Shown here piece after piece: positions 18,284 through 27,641 of a stretch of 36,337 nt of DNA. The translations under genes were made by a program, and so were the position numbers. The notes below the pieces were generated by a model, which was given only the letters and a program-made list of their open reading frames with translations, was not told the origin of the DNA and searched no databases. This stretch comes from Clostridia bacterium. GTDB lineage: Bacteria > Bacillota > Clostridia > Oscillospirales > CAG-272. Each line of letters opens with the position of its first letter. Position 1 is the stretch's first letter. The stretch spans positions 1 through 36,337 of the forward strand of contig JAFSCG010000077.1 of assembly GCA_017436885.1 (NCBI GenBank). Direction: 5' to 3'.

Positions 18284-18636
18284 TGCAAAACGAAAATTAC
18301 GAAATGATAATGTGCATAGTAAACGCAGGCTGCACCGATACGGTAATGGATGCGGCAAGAGCTGCAGGTGCAGGCGGCGGCACCGTCATACACGGCAGAG
18401 GCACCGCAAACAAGGAGGCCGAAAAGCTGTTCAAAATATCCGTCCAGCCCGAAAAGGATATGGTAATGCTTATCGTTCCCGCCCGCATCAAGGACAAGGT
18501 GCTCCACGCCATATACAAAAACGCAGGACTTGAGTCCGAGGGTCAGGGCATTGCCTTCTCCGTTCCCGTCAACAACGCCGTTGGCCTTTCCCAGCACGAG
18601 CCCGACGCTGTCAAAGAAGTGGAAAGCGAGCGATAA
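18283..18636 (+). CDS. PII-family protein
   Basis: IVNAG..VMDAARAAGAGGGTVIHGRGT..PEKDMV..GQGIAFSVPV..AVGL. Confidence 0.88.
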   Translation: MQNENYEMIMCIVNAGCTDTVMDAARAAGAGGGTVIHGRGTANKEAEKLFKISVQPEKDMVMLIVPARIKDKVLHAIYKNAGLESEGQGIAFSVPVNNAVGLSQHEPDAVKEVESER

Positions 18637-18701
18637 AGGCAGGCGAAGGCGCGTAGATTGCGGCCATCGGCGAGATACCGCTCCAATACGAATAATAACG
18701 C

Positions 18702-18747
18702 AAAATACTGTGCTTTACGGAATGCTCCGTCGGGCACAGTATTTTTT
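18702..18747 (+). terminator. Intrinsic terminator after the PII genes
   Basis: AAAATACTGTGC...GCACAGTATTTTTT with inner ACGGA/TCCGT stem. Confidence 0.75.
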
Positions 18748-18768
18748 ATCAATGCTGTAACAAAATTA

Positions 18769-18797
18769 TTGATTTTTCTATATAAATATTGTATAAT
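18769..18797 (+). promoter_or_regulatory. Sigma-A-like promoter of the CotH array
   Basis: TTGATT-N17-TATAAT in an AT-rich stretch, 46 nt upstream of ATG 18844. Confidence 0.68.
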
Positions 18798-18843
18798 TGC
18801 ATTATTATGGGTTTTTGTAACCTATCGTAACGGAGTAGTTACT

Positions 18844-21021
18844 ATGAAAAAGAGATATTTATCTTTTTTTGCTGTCTTACTTGCAGTTTCATCGTTGCTT
18901 GCGGGTTGTGATAACGGAGCAAACACAACGCTCACCGAACCGATAGAAACGGAAAGCCTCTTCCCCGCGTCAGATACGGAGGAGATACTTACCGCCGACA
19001 AGATCGTTTACCCCAAGGAAGAGCTGCCAAAGATATATATAACCACCGAAAACGGCTTTCAGGTGATAAGCAAAGAAAAATACACCTCCTGTGGCGTGCG
19101 CTTTGAGCTCAGCGACAGATTTGCCGAATTTGAAAACACCTATACGGACGATAACGGCGGACTTGCCGAGATACGCTGCCGCGGTAACGCCTCCTATAAC
19201 AACAGCGAGATGCGCGCGGTAAACAAGTTTTCCTACAAGCTCAAGCTGGAAACAAAGGCAAACGTACTCGGTCTTGGAGAAAGCAGGCATTGGTATCTTA
19301 TAAACAACTGGCGCGATATCAGCGCAATGAGGCACAAGCTTGCATACGACTTTGCCCTCTCCATCGGTCTTTCCTCCGTGGATTCCACCTGGGTGACCCT
19401 TTACTACAACGGCGAATACCGCGGACTTTACCTGCTTACGGAAAGCGTGCGAATTGCCGAGGACAGAGTTAATACCACGAACTGGGAGGAATTTGCAAGC
19501 GACGTTGCAAAGGCATACGCCGCAAACAACGGCTTTAGCCCCGAGGATACGAAGCTCCTTGAGGAAAGCATGGAAAGGAACCTGAAGTGGATCTCCAACC
19601 AAAGTCATACCGCAAACCTCTCCTCCGGAAGCACGGTTATAGACCTTACGGGATATTTTGACCCCGACTCATTGGACCTCACCTCGGGATATCTTGTTGA
19701 GTACTGCACGGGCTTCGACACAAACGGAACCAAGTGGAAAACGACTGCGGGTATCCCCGTCGTTATGGATAGTCCCTTCTACCTTGCCACCAACTCAAAA
19801 ATGTACCAATACGTGCACACGCTGGTTCAGGATTTCGAGGATGCGATCCTCTCCCCCACCTACCACAACGCAAAGGGAAAGCACTACTCCGAGTACGTTG
19901 ACGTGGATTCTCTTGTGGATTATTGGATAATATGGAATCTGTTCCGCAATACGGAGTTCGGAAGCCGCTCCCTGTATTACTACATCGACCACGGCAAGAT
20001 AATATTCAGCCCCGTGTGGGATTTTGACGCCACTCTCGGCAACATCATCACTCTCTCCGCGGCAAGCGGCGTGCACGACAAATGGGTGCATGATGCCAAA
20101 AGCACTTGGTTCACAAAGCTGTTCGGCGACCCGTATTTTACTGCAAAATGTCAGGAAAGATGGTTTTCCATGCGCGAGGCCGTGGACGAGCTTTACCGCT
20201 CCATCGACGTCTACGTCAACTACATCGAGGAGGAGAATCTACGTTGCGTTGACAGAAACGGCATAAGGACCTTCAACGTTAAAAATCCCTTGAACGGCGG
20301 CGTGAGCTTCACTCCCGAAGAGGACTACGAATACATGAAAACGTGGTATAAAAACCGCGTTGAATGGATAGACGAGCATTTTTCCGTAATCGACCCCAAC
20401 GTTGATGGCGGCGGCTACGTTCGCAGCGACGAGATATTCCCGAAAACGCTTATAAACGGAAGCGAGCCAACGCCCGACAGGCTTACGGTATTCGGCGCTC
20501 CGGCGGACTATATCATAAGCCCCGATACCACGGGCACGGTGGAGATAAGCGCAACCACCACCTACGGCTCCAGCACCACCATGGAGGCATTCCTTAACGG
20601 AACCGTAGTGCTTGGCAAGCAGCCCTTCAGACGGGGCGATACCGCAAAATACGTTATCGACGTCTCAAGCCTTGACATGACCGAGGGCGCGGTGAATATC
20701 ATCTACCTCTGCGCCTTCCGCTCCAACGGAACGGTGCGCGGCGTTTCTTCCGTCGTTATCAAGGTAACGTCCATGGAGAACCCCAAGGAAAACGAAAGGC
20801 TCGTGGATCTCAACGGCACTCTTACCAAGGTCGAGGCAGGAAGCAGCTTTACTCTGCCCGAAATAACCGAGGTGCGTGATGGCTACGTTGCCGAGGGCTG
20901 GACCACGGGAGACGATAAGGTCTACGCCGCAGGCGATACCGTTACCGTCGATGAAAACACGTTTATGTTCATACGTTGGAAGCGCACAGACACGTTTTCG
21001 CGCTTTAATATGGAAAGATGA
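18844..21021 (+). CDS. CotH kinase-family lipoprotein, copy 1 (C-terminal InlB B-repeat-like domain)
   Basis: True start MKKRYL (SD GGAG), lipobox LAGC. CotH motifs RGNAS, SYKLKL, WYLINNWRD..MRHKLAYD, LYYNGEYRGLYLLTE, GYLVE, DVDSLVDY, PVWDFD. C-terminal FTLP..RDGY..GWT..Y..G..V..W. Confidence 0.88.
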   Translation: MKKRYLSFFAVLLAVSSLLAGCDNGANTTLTEPIETESLFPASDTEEILTADKIVYPKEELPKIYITTENGFQVISKEKYTSCGVRFELSDRFAEFENTYTDDNGGLAEIRCRGNASYNNSEMRAVNKFSYKLKLETKANVLGLGESRHWYLINNWRDISAMRHKLAYDFALSIGLSSVDSTWVTLYYNGEYRGLYLLTESVRIAEDRVNTTNWEEFASDVAKAYAANNGFSPEDTKLLEESMERNLKWISNQSHTANLSSGSTVIDLTGYFDPDSLDLTSGYLVEYCTGFDTNGTKWKTTAGIPVVMDSPFYLATNSKMYQYVHTLVQDFEDAILSPTYHNAKGKHYSEYVDVDSLVDYWIIWNLFRNTEFGSRSLYYYIDHGKIIFSPVWDFDATLGNIITLSAASGVHDKWVHDAKSTWFTKLFGDPYFTAKCQERWFSMREAVDELYRSIDVYVNYIEEENLRCVDRNGIRTFNVKNPLNGGVSFTPEEDYEYMKTWYKNRVEWIDEHFSVIDPNVDGGGYVRSDEIFPKTLINGSEPTPDRLTVFGAPADYIISPDTTGTVEISATTTYGSSTTMEAFLNGTVVLGKQPFRRGDTAKYVIDVSSLDMTEGAVNIIYLCAFRSNGTVRGVSSVVIKVTSMENPKENERLVDLNGTLTKVEAGSSFTLPEITEVRDGYVAEGWTTGDDKVYAAGDTVTVDENTFMFIRWKRTDTFSRFNMER

Positions 21022-21034
21022 CCGCATAGCGGCA
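21010..21034 (+). repeat. 25-nt junction repeat, copy A (end of CotH 1 into spacer)
   Basis: ATGGAAAGATGACCGCATAGCGGCA; 24/25 identical to 23205-23229. Confidence 0.8.
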
Positions 21035-21044
21035 TGGTGATGTT

Positions 21045-23216
21045 ATGAAATTCAGAAAATGGATCACGTCAATAATATCGTGCCTACTCGCTGCCTGCTC
21101 CATTTTCTGCGGCTGTGCACCTGCGCCGATAGACGATCTCACCGTGCCCGAAAACACCGCACCCCTGTTCGAGGAGGCAAAAACTCCGGAAAACACAGAT
21201 ATTCTCGACGTGGAGATACCCGTCATTCATATTTCCACAGCGGGAAACAGACAGATAAACAGCAAGGATTATTACCTGAACTGCACGGTACGCTTTGAAC
21301 TGACCGACGCGTTTTCCGCCTACCCGAACACCTACACCGACGAAAACGGCGGTTTGGCAAAGATACGCTGCAGGGGCAACGCATCCTTCACAAACCCCGA
21401 GGTGCAAAAGACCAACAAGTATTCCTACAAGATAAAGCTGGATACCAAGGCAGACCTTTTCGGCTTTGGCGAAAGCAAGCATTGGTATCTTATCAACAAC
21501 TGGCGCGACGTCAGTCAGCTGCGCAACAAGCTTTCCTACGATCTTGCCGCAACCCTCGGCATATCCACGGTGGACTGCACATGGGTCAGCTTGTACTATA
21601 ACGGTGAATACCGAGGTCTTTACCTGCTGACGGAGAGCGTGCGCATAGACGAGGGGCGCGTGGAGACCACCAACTGGGAGGAGTTTGCCGAGGACGTGGC
21701 CGAGCTGTGCGGGAGGGACATGGGCTTTGACGAAAGAAACGTTACCGTTCTTGCCGACGATATGATACGAGATCTGGGCTGGATAAGCACGGGACGTTTT
21801 TCCGCCGATATCCCCGCAGGCAAATTCGAGCTTGATCTGACGAAGTATTTCGACCCCGATTCCCTCGATCTTACCTCGGGCTATCTTATGGAGCTGTGCA
21901 ACAGCTACGATTCCACGGGAACAAAATGGCGCACAGCGCATAACGTTCCCATAATGGCTGACAACCCCATGTATCTCGCAACCAATAAAGAGATGTACTC
22001 CTTCGTTTCGGGTCTTGTACGTGATTTTGAGGAGGCGCTGGCATCACCCACATTCCACAACTCCAAGGGGAAGCACTACTCCGAATACGTGGACGTGGAC
22101 TCCATGGTGGACTATTGGATGCTTTTCAACCTTGTATGCAACACGGAGTTCGGATACCGCTCCAATTATTTCTATATTGAAAACGGCAAGATCGTTTTCG
22201 GTCCCGCTTGGGATTTTGATCGCACCTTCGGCAACATCACAAATATTGCACAGGGAGCGGGCACATATAACACTTGGGTGCCCGACGTAACCAAAACGTG
22301 GTTCCGCAATCTGTTTACAGATCCGTGGTTCGTAAACAAATGCCAGCAACGCTGGTTCTCCATCCGAGAGACGGTGGATCAGCTGGTGGTGTCCATGGAC
22401 CTGTACCGCGAGTACATTGCGGAGGAAGCGGAAAGCTGCTTTGAGCGCAACGGCATACGCAAAGCAAACATAGGAAACAAAAAGGCAAACAACGGCACAA
22501 GCTTTACCCCAACGCAGGACTACGAATATATGCGCGAATGGCTTATAAAGCGCATTGCGTGGATAGACGAAAGCTTCTCGGATATTGCGCCGAACGTTGA
22601 CTTAAGCGGCTTTGAGAGAAGCGAAAAGGTAAATATACAGCTGACGCACGAAGGAAATACCCTTGAACGCGACAAGCTGACGATACGCGGACCGCGTGCC
22701 GACTATCTGCTGTCGCCCGACGCAAAGGGCACGCTGGAGCTGCGCACAACCACGTCTCACACCAACGCGGCTTATACCAACGTATATGCCAACAGTGCAG
22801 TGAGCCTCGGCAAGGAAACACTTACCCGCAACACAGCCGCAAAATACTCCATAGACCTTTCCCTTCTTGATATGCGCGAGGGAGCGGTAAACGTGCTGTA
22901 TATTCCCGTTTTCAGAAGCGACGGAACACGCAGAGCTCTTACGTCCGTAGTGATAAAGGTTACCTCCTTGGAGAGTCCTGCGGAGGACGAATGCGTCATA
23001 GACCTGAACGGCACTCTGCATATCGTTAAAAAGGACACGGAATTCACTCTGCCGAAGGTAGGCTATACACGCGAGGGCTTCAAGCTTGCGGGCTGGACCG
23101 ACCTTGACGGCAAAGTATACGGCGAAAACACCTCATTCACAGTTAAAGCCAACACCTATCTTTACCCCAAGTGGGAACGCACAGATCTGTTTGCAAAAAT
23201 TCTAATGGAAAGATGA
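21045..23216 (+). CDS. CotH kinase-family lipoprotein, copy 2
   Basis: Signal peptide with LAAC/FCGC; same CotH motifs (RGNAS, YNGEYRGLYLLTE, GPAWDFD) and C-terminal B-repeat-like domain. Confidence 0.88.
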   Translation: MKFRKWITSIISCLLAACSIFCGCAPAPIDDLTVPENTAPLFEEAKTPENTDILDVEIPVIHISTAGNRQINSKDYYLNCTVRFELTDAFSAYPNTYTDENGGLAKIRCRGNASFTNPEVQKTNKYSYKIKLDTKADLFGFGESKHWYLINNWRDVSQLRNKLSYDLAATLGISTVDCTWVSLYYNGEYRGLYLLTESVRIDEGRVETTNWEEFAEDVAELCGRDMGFDERNVTVLADDMIRDLGWISTGRFSADIPAGKFELDLTKYFDPDSLDLTSGYLMELCNSYDSTGTKWRTAHNVPIMADNPMYLATNKEMYSFVSGLVRDFEEALASPTFHNSKGKHYSEYVDVDSMVDYWMLFNLVCNTEFGYRSNYFYIENGKIVFGPAWDFDRTFGNITNIAQGAGTYNTWVPDVTKTWFRNLFTDPWFVNKCQQRWFSIRETVDQLVVSMDLYREYIAEEAESCFERNGIRKANIGNKKANNGTSFTPTQDYEYMREWLIKRIAWIDESFSDIAPNVDLSGFERSEKVNIQLTHEGNTLERDKLTIRGPRADYLLSPDAKGTLELRTTTSHTNAAYTNVYANSAVSLGKETLTRNTAAKYSIDLSLLDMREGAVNVLYIPVFRSDGTRRALTSVVIKVTSLESPAEDECVIDLNGTLHIVKKDTEFTLPKVGYTREGFKLAGWTDLDGKVYGENTSFTVKANTYLYPKWERTDLFAKILMER

Positions 23217-23229
23217 CCGCATTGCGGCA
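23205..23229 (+). repeat. 25-nt junction repeat, copy B (end of CotH 2 into spacer)
   Basis: ATGGAAAGATGACCGCATTGCGGCA. Confidence 0.8.
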
Positions 23230-23237
23230 AGACGAAT

Positions 23238-25415
23238 ATGAAAAACAAAAGGTTTTTATTATCCGCCATATCAGCTTTGTTAACAGCCGTATTTCTGCTT
23301 GCATCCTGCGCGCCCGAAGGTCCCGCGACCTTTGATACGCAGGCCAGCACCTCTGCCCTTTTTCCCGATGAAGCACCCGAAGCGGGGCTTGACAGCATCG
23401 TGTACGGGGAAACGAAGGTGCCCGTTATACATATCGACACGGACGACGGCCAGCAGATAGTGAACAAAACGACGTACAGCCGCTGCAATATTCGCTTCGA
23501 GCTGAACGACATCTTTTCCGAGTACGAGAATACCTATACCGACGAAAACGGCGGACGTGCAGACATTCGCTGCCGCGGAAACTCCTCCTTTACCGAAGCG
23601 GATATGCGCGCAAAGAACAAGTATTCGTACCGCATAAAGCTTGATACCGCCGCAGACCTTTTCGGTCTTGGGGAAAGCAAGCATTGGTATCTTATTGCCA
23701 ACTGGTTTGACGTTTCCGCACTCAGAAACAAGCTTGCATACGATTTTTCCGGTGCTCTCGGACTTACCTACGTTCAAAACACCTGGGTGGAGCTGTACTA
23801 TAACGGCGAATACCGCGGGCTCTACCTGCTTGTAGAAAGCATACGAATAGACGAGGGCCGCGTTGAAACCGTCAACTGGAAGGAATTTGCCGAGGATATC
23901 GGCAAGGCTTATTCCGCTGCAAACTCCCTCTCCCCCGAAGAGGAGCTGACCATCTGCACCGCCCTTGAAAAGAATCTTGCTTGGATAACTACGGGAAAAG
24001 CTGAATTTGCCATAGACGGAAAGAGCGTGACCCTCGACCTTTCTCCCTATTTCGATCCGGAGGAGATAGACATAACCTCGGGCTATCTTATCGAATACGA
24101 CGACCGCATGGAGGGTGTGCGTACTAAATGGAAGACCGCAAAGGGAGTGCCCGTTTCCATAGATAACCCCGAGACCCTGAACACCAACGGCACCATGTAC
24201 AAATACGTACACGAGCTGCTGCGCGATTTTGAGAGAGCCGCTTTCTCCGACACCTTCTACAACGATAAGGGAAAGCACTATTCCGAATATCTTGACGTGG
24301 ATTCCATGGTGGACTTCTGGCTGGTGTGGAACCTGTTCAACAACTGGGAGTTCGGCTGCCATTCGCTTTATTATTACATCGACGGTGGAAAGATACATTT
24401 CGGACCCTGCTGGGATTTCGATTTTTCCTCCGGCAATATCGCCACTCTGAGGGAAAAGACCGTGGGATACACCAACTGGACCACCGACAGAAACGACGCG
24501 TGGTTCGTGGAGCTTTTGGGCGACCCGTACTTTTCTTCTCTCTGTCAGGAGAGGTGGTTTGAGGTACGGGAGCTACTGGACGACCTTGTGCGCTCCGTGG
24601 ACATCTACCGTGATTACATGGGAGACGAGGCTGCCAAATGCTTTGAAAGAAACGGACACCGCAAAAACTGGTATCTCAAGGACGTAAACGAAGGTCTGAG
24701 CATGACCTTCGAGGAGGACTGCGAGCATCTGAAGGAATGGTTCCAAAACCGCATACAGTGGATGAACGAGATGCTTGCCGTGCCCGACCCCAATATCGAC
24801 GACTGCGGATACACCCGCAGCAGTAAGATACTGACAAATCTCACCATAGGCGGCACCACACCCGAGCATGAGGTAATATATGAGCGCGGTGTGTTTGCCG
24901 ACTACGTTATCACCCCCGATACAAAGGGCGAGGTGGTGCTGAAGATATCCACCACCCACACCTCCGCCAGAACTGCCGCAGTGTATCTCAACGGTACCAC
25001 CCTTATCGGAGAGGGCAAGCTTACGGACTCCACCTCCCTTACATTGAGATTTGATGCTTCCCTCCTTGACATGAGCGAAAACGCACTTAACGTGCTGTAC
25101 ATACCCGCGTTCAGAAGTGACGGCACCCTGCGCTCCATGACTTCCATTCTTATTCGTGTAAGTTCCGTCAACACCCGCGCAGGCAATGAGAGAGTTCTTA
25201 TTTGCGGAGATGAAATAATCGTTGCAAATAAGGGCGAAAGCGTTACGCTTCCCGCCATCACCGAGGTGCGCGACGGCTTTGTATACGCGGGCTGGACCAC
25301 AGGCGACGACAAGGTATACCACCCCGGCAAGAGCTTTGAGCTTCAAGACGACACACGCATGTTTATCAGATGGATAAGAACGGATATATTCTCCGCAATG
25401 CTTCTTGAAAGGTAA
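23238..25415 (+). CDS. CotH kinase-family lipoprotein, copy 3
   Basis: Lipobox LASC; RGNSS, WYLIANWFDVSALRNKLAYD, VELYYNGEYRGLYLLVE, GPCWDFD; C-terminal B-repeat-like domain. Confidence 0.88.
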   Translation: MKNKRFLLSAISALLTAVFLLASCAPEGPATFDTQASTSALFPDEAPEAGLDSIVYGETKVPVIHIDTDDGQQIVNKTTYSRCNIRFELNDIFSEYENTYTDENGGRADIRCRGNSSFTEADMRAKNKYSYRIKLDTAADLFGLGESKHWYLIANWFDVSALRNKLAYDFSGALGLTYVQNTWVELYYNGEYRGLYLLVESIRIDEGRVETVNWKEFAEDIGKAYSAANSLSPEEELTICTALEKNLAWITTGKAEFAIDGKSVTLDLSPYFDPEEIDITSGYLIEYDDRMEGVRTKWKTAKGVPVSIDNPETLNTNGTMYKYVHELLRDFERAAFSDTFYNDKGKHYSEYLDVDSMVDFWLVWNLFNNWEFGCHSLYYYIDGGKIHFGPCWDFDFSSGNIATLREKTVGYTNWTTDRNDAWFVELLGDPYFSSLCQERWFEVRELLDDLVRSVDIYRDYMGDEAAKCFERNGHRKNWYLKDVNEGLSMTFEEDCEHLKEWFQNRIQWMNEMLAVPDPNIDDCGYTRSSKILTNLTIGGTTPEHEVIYERGVFADYVITPDTKGEVVLKISTTHTSARTAAVYLNGTTLIGEGKLTDSTSLTLRFDASLLDMSENALNVLYIPAFRSDGTLRSMTSILIRVSSVNTRAGNERVLICGDEIIVANKGESVTLPAITEVRDGFVYAGWTTGDDKVYHPGKSFELQDDTRMFIRWIRTDIFSAMLLER

Positions 25416-25421
25416 TATTGC

Positions 25422-27620
25422 ATGGATAGGAACAAAAGGTCAAGCGGAATTGCCGCGGCATTACGATTATCGGCTGCCGCCCTTGCTTCCCTGCTGATGT
25501 TTTCCTCCTGCACCGCATACGTCGAGGAAGCCGTAACCGCCCCCGCGGCTACCGCATCCGTATTTCCCGAGGATGCCGAGCCGTCTGTCGGCATTGACGA
25601 TATCGAATACACGGAAAAGACCGTTCCCGTTATACATATCACCACTTCAAACGGAAAGCAGGTAACCAGCAAAACGGATTACAGCTCCTGCAACGTACGC
25701 TTTGAGCTGAACGGCATCTTTGCAGAGTACGAGAACACCTACACCGACGAAAACGGCGGCAACGCAGAAATTCGGTGCCGCGGAAACTCCTCGTATACAC
25801 GCAAGGAGATGCGAGCAAAAAACAAGTATTCCTACAAGCTGAGGCTTGAAACGAAGGCGGACCTTTTCGGACTCGGAGAGAACAGGCATTGGTATCTTAT
25901 CAACAACTGGTTCGACGTTTCCGCACTCAGAAACAAGCTTGCATACGATTTTTCGGGGGCTCTCGGTCTTCCCTATACGGGAAACACTTGGGTGGAGCTT
26001 TACTATAACGGCGAATATCGCGGGCTTTATCTGCTTACGGAAAGCATCCGCATTGACGAAGGGCGCGTGGAGACCACGAATTGGGAAGAGTTTGCCGAGG
26101 ACGTGGGAAAGGCATACGCAAGTGCAAACGCCCTTTCTCCCGATGAGGAGGAAACGCTCTGCACCACTCTGAAAAACAACCTTCGCTGGATAACGACCGG
26201 CAATACGGGTATAACGAAAGACGGCAAGCTGATCACGTACGATCTCTCCCCGTATTTCGATAAGGACTCATTGGACCTTACCTCCGGCTATCTTATAGAG
26301 CTCGACGGTCGACTTGACGGCGACCGCACCACCTGGAAAACAAGGCGCGGTGCTCCCCTTGCCGTAGACTCTCCCGCAAGGCTTAATACCAATTCAAAAA
26401 TGATGCTTTACGTTTACAGATTGGTACAGGACTTCGAGGATGCATTGTTCTCCCCCACCTTCCATAATTCAGACGGAAAGCATTACAGCGAATACCTCGA
26501 CGTAGACTCCCTCGTTGACTACTGGCTTGTATGGAATCTGTTTAATAATCAGGAATTCGGTTATCTTTCCATGTACTGCTATATAGACGGCGGAAAGATT
26601 CATTTCGGTCACTGCTGGGATTTCGACTACACCGCAGGCAACATAATTACACAGCCAAAAAAGTGGATAAGCAACGAAAGATGGCTTACCGACAGAGGCG
26701 TTGGTTGGTATAAGGAGATATTGGGCGACCCGTATTTTTCCGTGCTTTGCCAGGAGCGATGGTTTGAGCTAAGAGAGCTGACAGACGATCTGCTCCGTTC
26801 CCTTGACATCTATTACGGCTACATGGCAGACGAGGCCGTGCGATGCAATGAAAGAAACGGAGATAGACCCAACTGGTCCCAAACGGACGTGAATAACGGC
26901 CACAGCTACGATTTTCAAACCGATTACGAGGTTCTTAAGTCTTGGCTTACCGGGCGCATCAAGTGGCTTAACGATATGATGTCCCTGCCCGACGCAAATA
27001 TCGACAAATCCGGCAATACAAGAAGCGTGAAGCTGTTTACCTCCCTTACCATAAACGGCGAAACGCCCGATTTTGAGATAGTAGACGGGCGCGGCGTTTA
27101 CGCCGACTACGTTATCTCCCCCGATACTGCGGGAGAAGTAACCGTAACGCTCAGCACCACACACACCACGTCGGTATCCTGCTCCCTTTATCTGAACGGA
27201 ACGAAGCATATCGGCGACAGCCCGCTCAACACCAAGGATAAGGTGCATTTCACCTTCAACGTATCGGATATGGACCTTTCGGAAAACGCAATAAACGTTC
27301 TGTATATCCCCACCTTCCGCACGGACGGCACCCTCCGCTCCATGACGTCCATTCTTATACGCGTCAGCTCCGTCAACGCCCTCTCTCCAAAGGAATGTGC
27401 CGTTATCCTCGGAAATACGGTACATAAAGCAATGAAGGGCGAGGAGTTCACCCTCCCCGAAATAACCGAGGTGCGAGATGGCTTCCTTGCCGCAGGCTGG
27501 ACCGACGGCACGGACACGGTGCTTCCCGCAGGCTCGGTAATTACCCCCAACGGCACCTGCGTATACTACGTGCGTTGGATACGCACGGAAATATTCTCCG
27601 CGATGAAAATGTACAATTAA
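25422..27620 (+). CDS. CotH kinase-family lipoprotein, copy 4
   Basis: Lipobox-like FSSC; RGNSS, VELYYNGEYRGLYLLTE, GHCWDFD; C-terminal B-repeat-like domain. Confidence 0.88.
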   Translation: MDRNKRSSGIAAALRLSAAALASLLMFSSCTAYVEEAVTAPAATASVFPEDAEPSVGIDDIEYTEKTVPVIHITTSNGKQVTSKTDYSSCNVRFELNGIFAEYENTYTDENGGNAEIRCRGNSSYTRKEMRAKNKYSYKLRLETKADLFGLGENRHWYLINNWFDVSALRNKLAYDFSGALGLPYTGNTWVELYYNGEYRGLYLLTESIRIDEGRVETTNWEEFAEDVGKAYASANALSPDEEETLCTTLKNNLRWITTGNTGITKDGKLITYDLSPYFDKDSLDLTSGYLIELDGRLDGDRTTWKTRRGAPLAVDSPARLNTNSKMMLYVYRLVQDFEDALFSPTFHNSDGKHYSEYLDVDSLVDYWLVWNLFNNQEFGYLSMYCYIDGGKIHFGHCWDFDYTAGNIITQPKKWISNERWLTDRGVGWYKEILGDPYFSVLCQERWFELRELTDDLLRSLDIYYGYMADEAVRCNERNGDRPNWSQTDVNNGHSYDFQTDYEVLKSWLTGRIKWLNDMMSLPDANIDKSGNTRSVKLFTSLTINGETPDFEIVDGRGVYADYVISPDTAGEVTVTLSTTHTTSVSCSLYLNGTKHIGDSPLNTKDKVHFTFNVSDMDLSENAINVLYIPTFRTDGTLRSMTSILIRVSSVNALSPKECAVILGNTVHKAMKGEEFTLPEITEVRDGFLAAGWTDGTDTVLPAGSVITPNGTCVYYVRWIRTEIFSAMKMYN

Positions 27621-27641
27621 CTGTAAAGGTACGGTACAAGT

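Noticed and set aside
18658-18843. 62-aa N-terminal extension of CotH copy 1 in the ORF track
   Set aside because: It spans a terminator and promoter; signal peptide and SD indicate ATG 18844.
21018-21044. In-frame ATG-ACC-GCA-TAG upstream of CotH copy 2, suggesting stop-codon readthrough
   Set aside because: The equivalent ATG at the copy 2/3 junction is out of frame, and copy 2 has its own SD-like GGTGAT.
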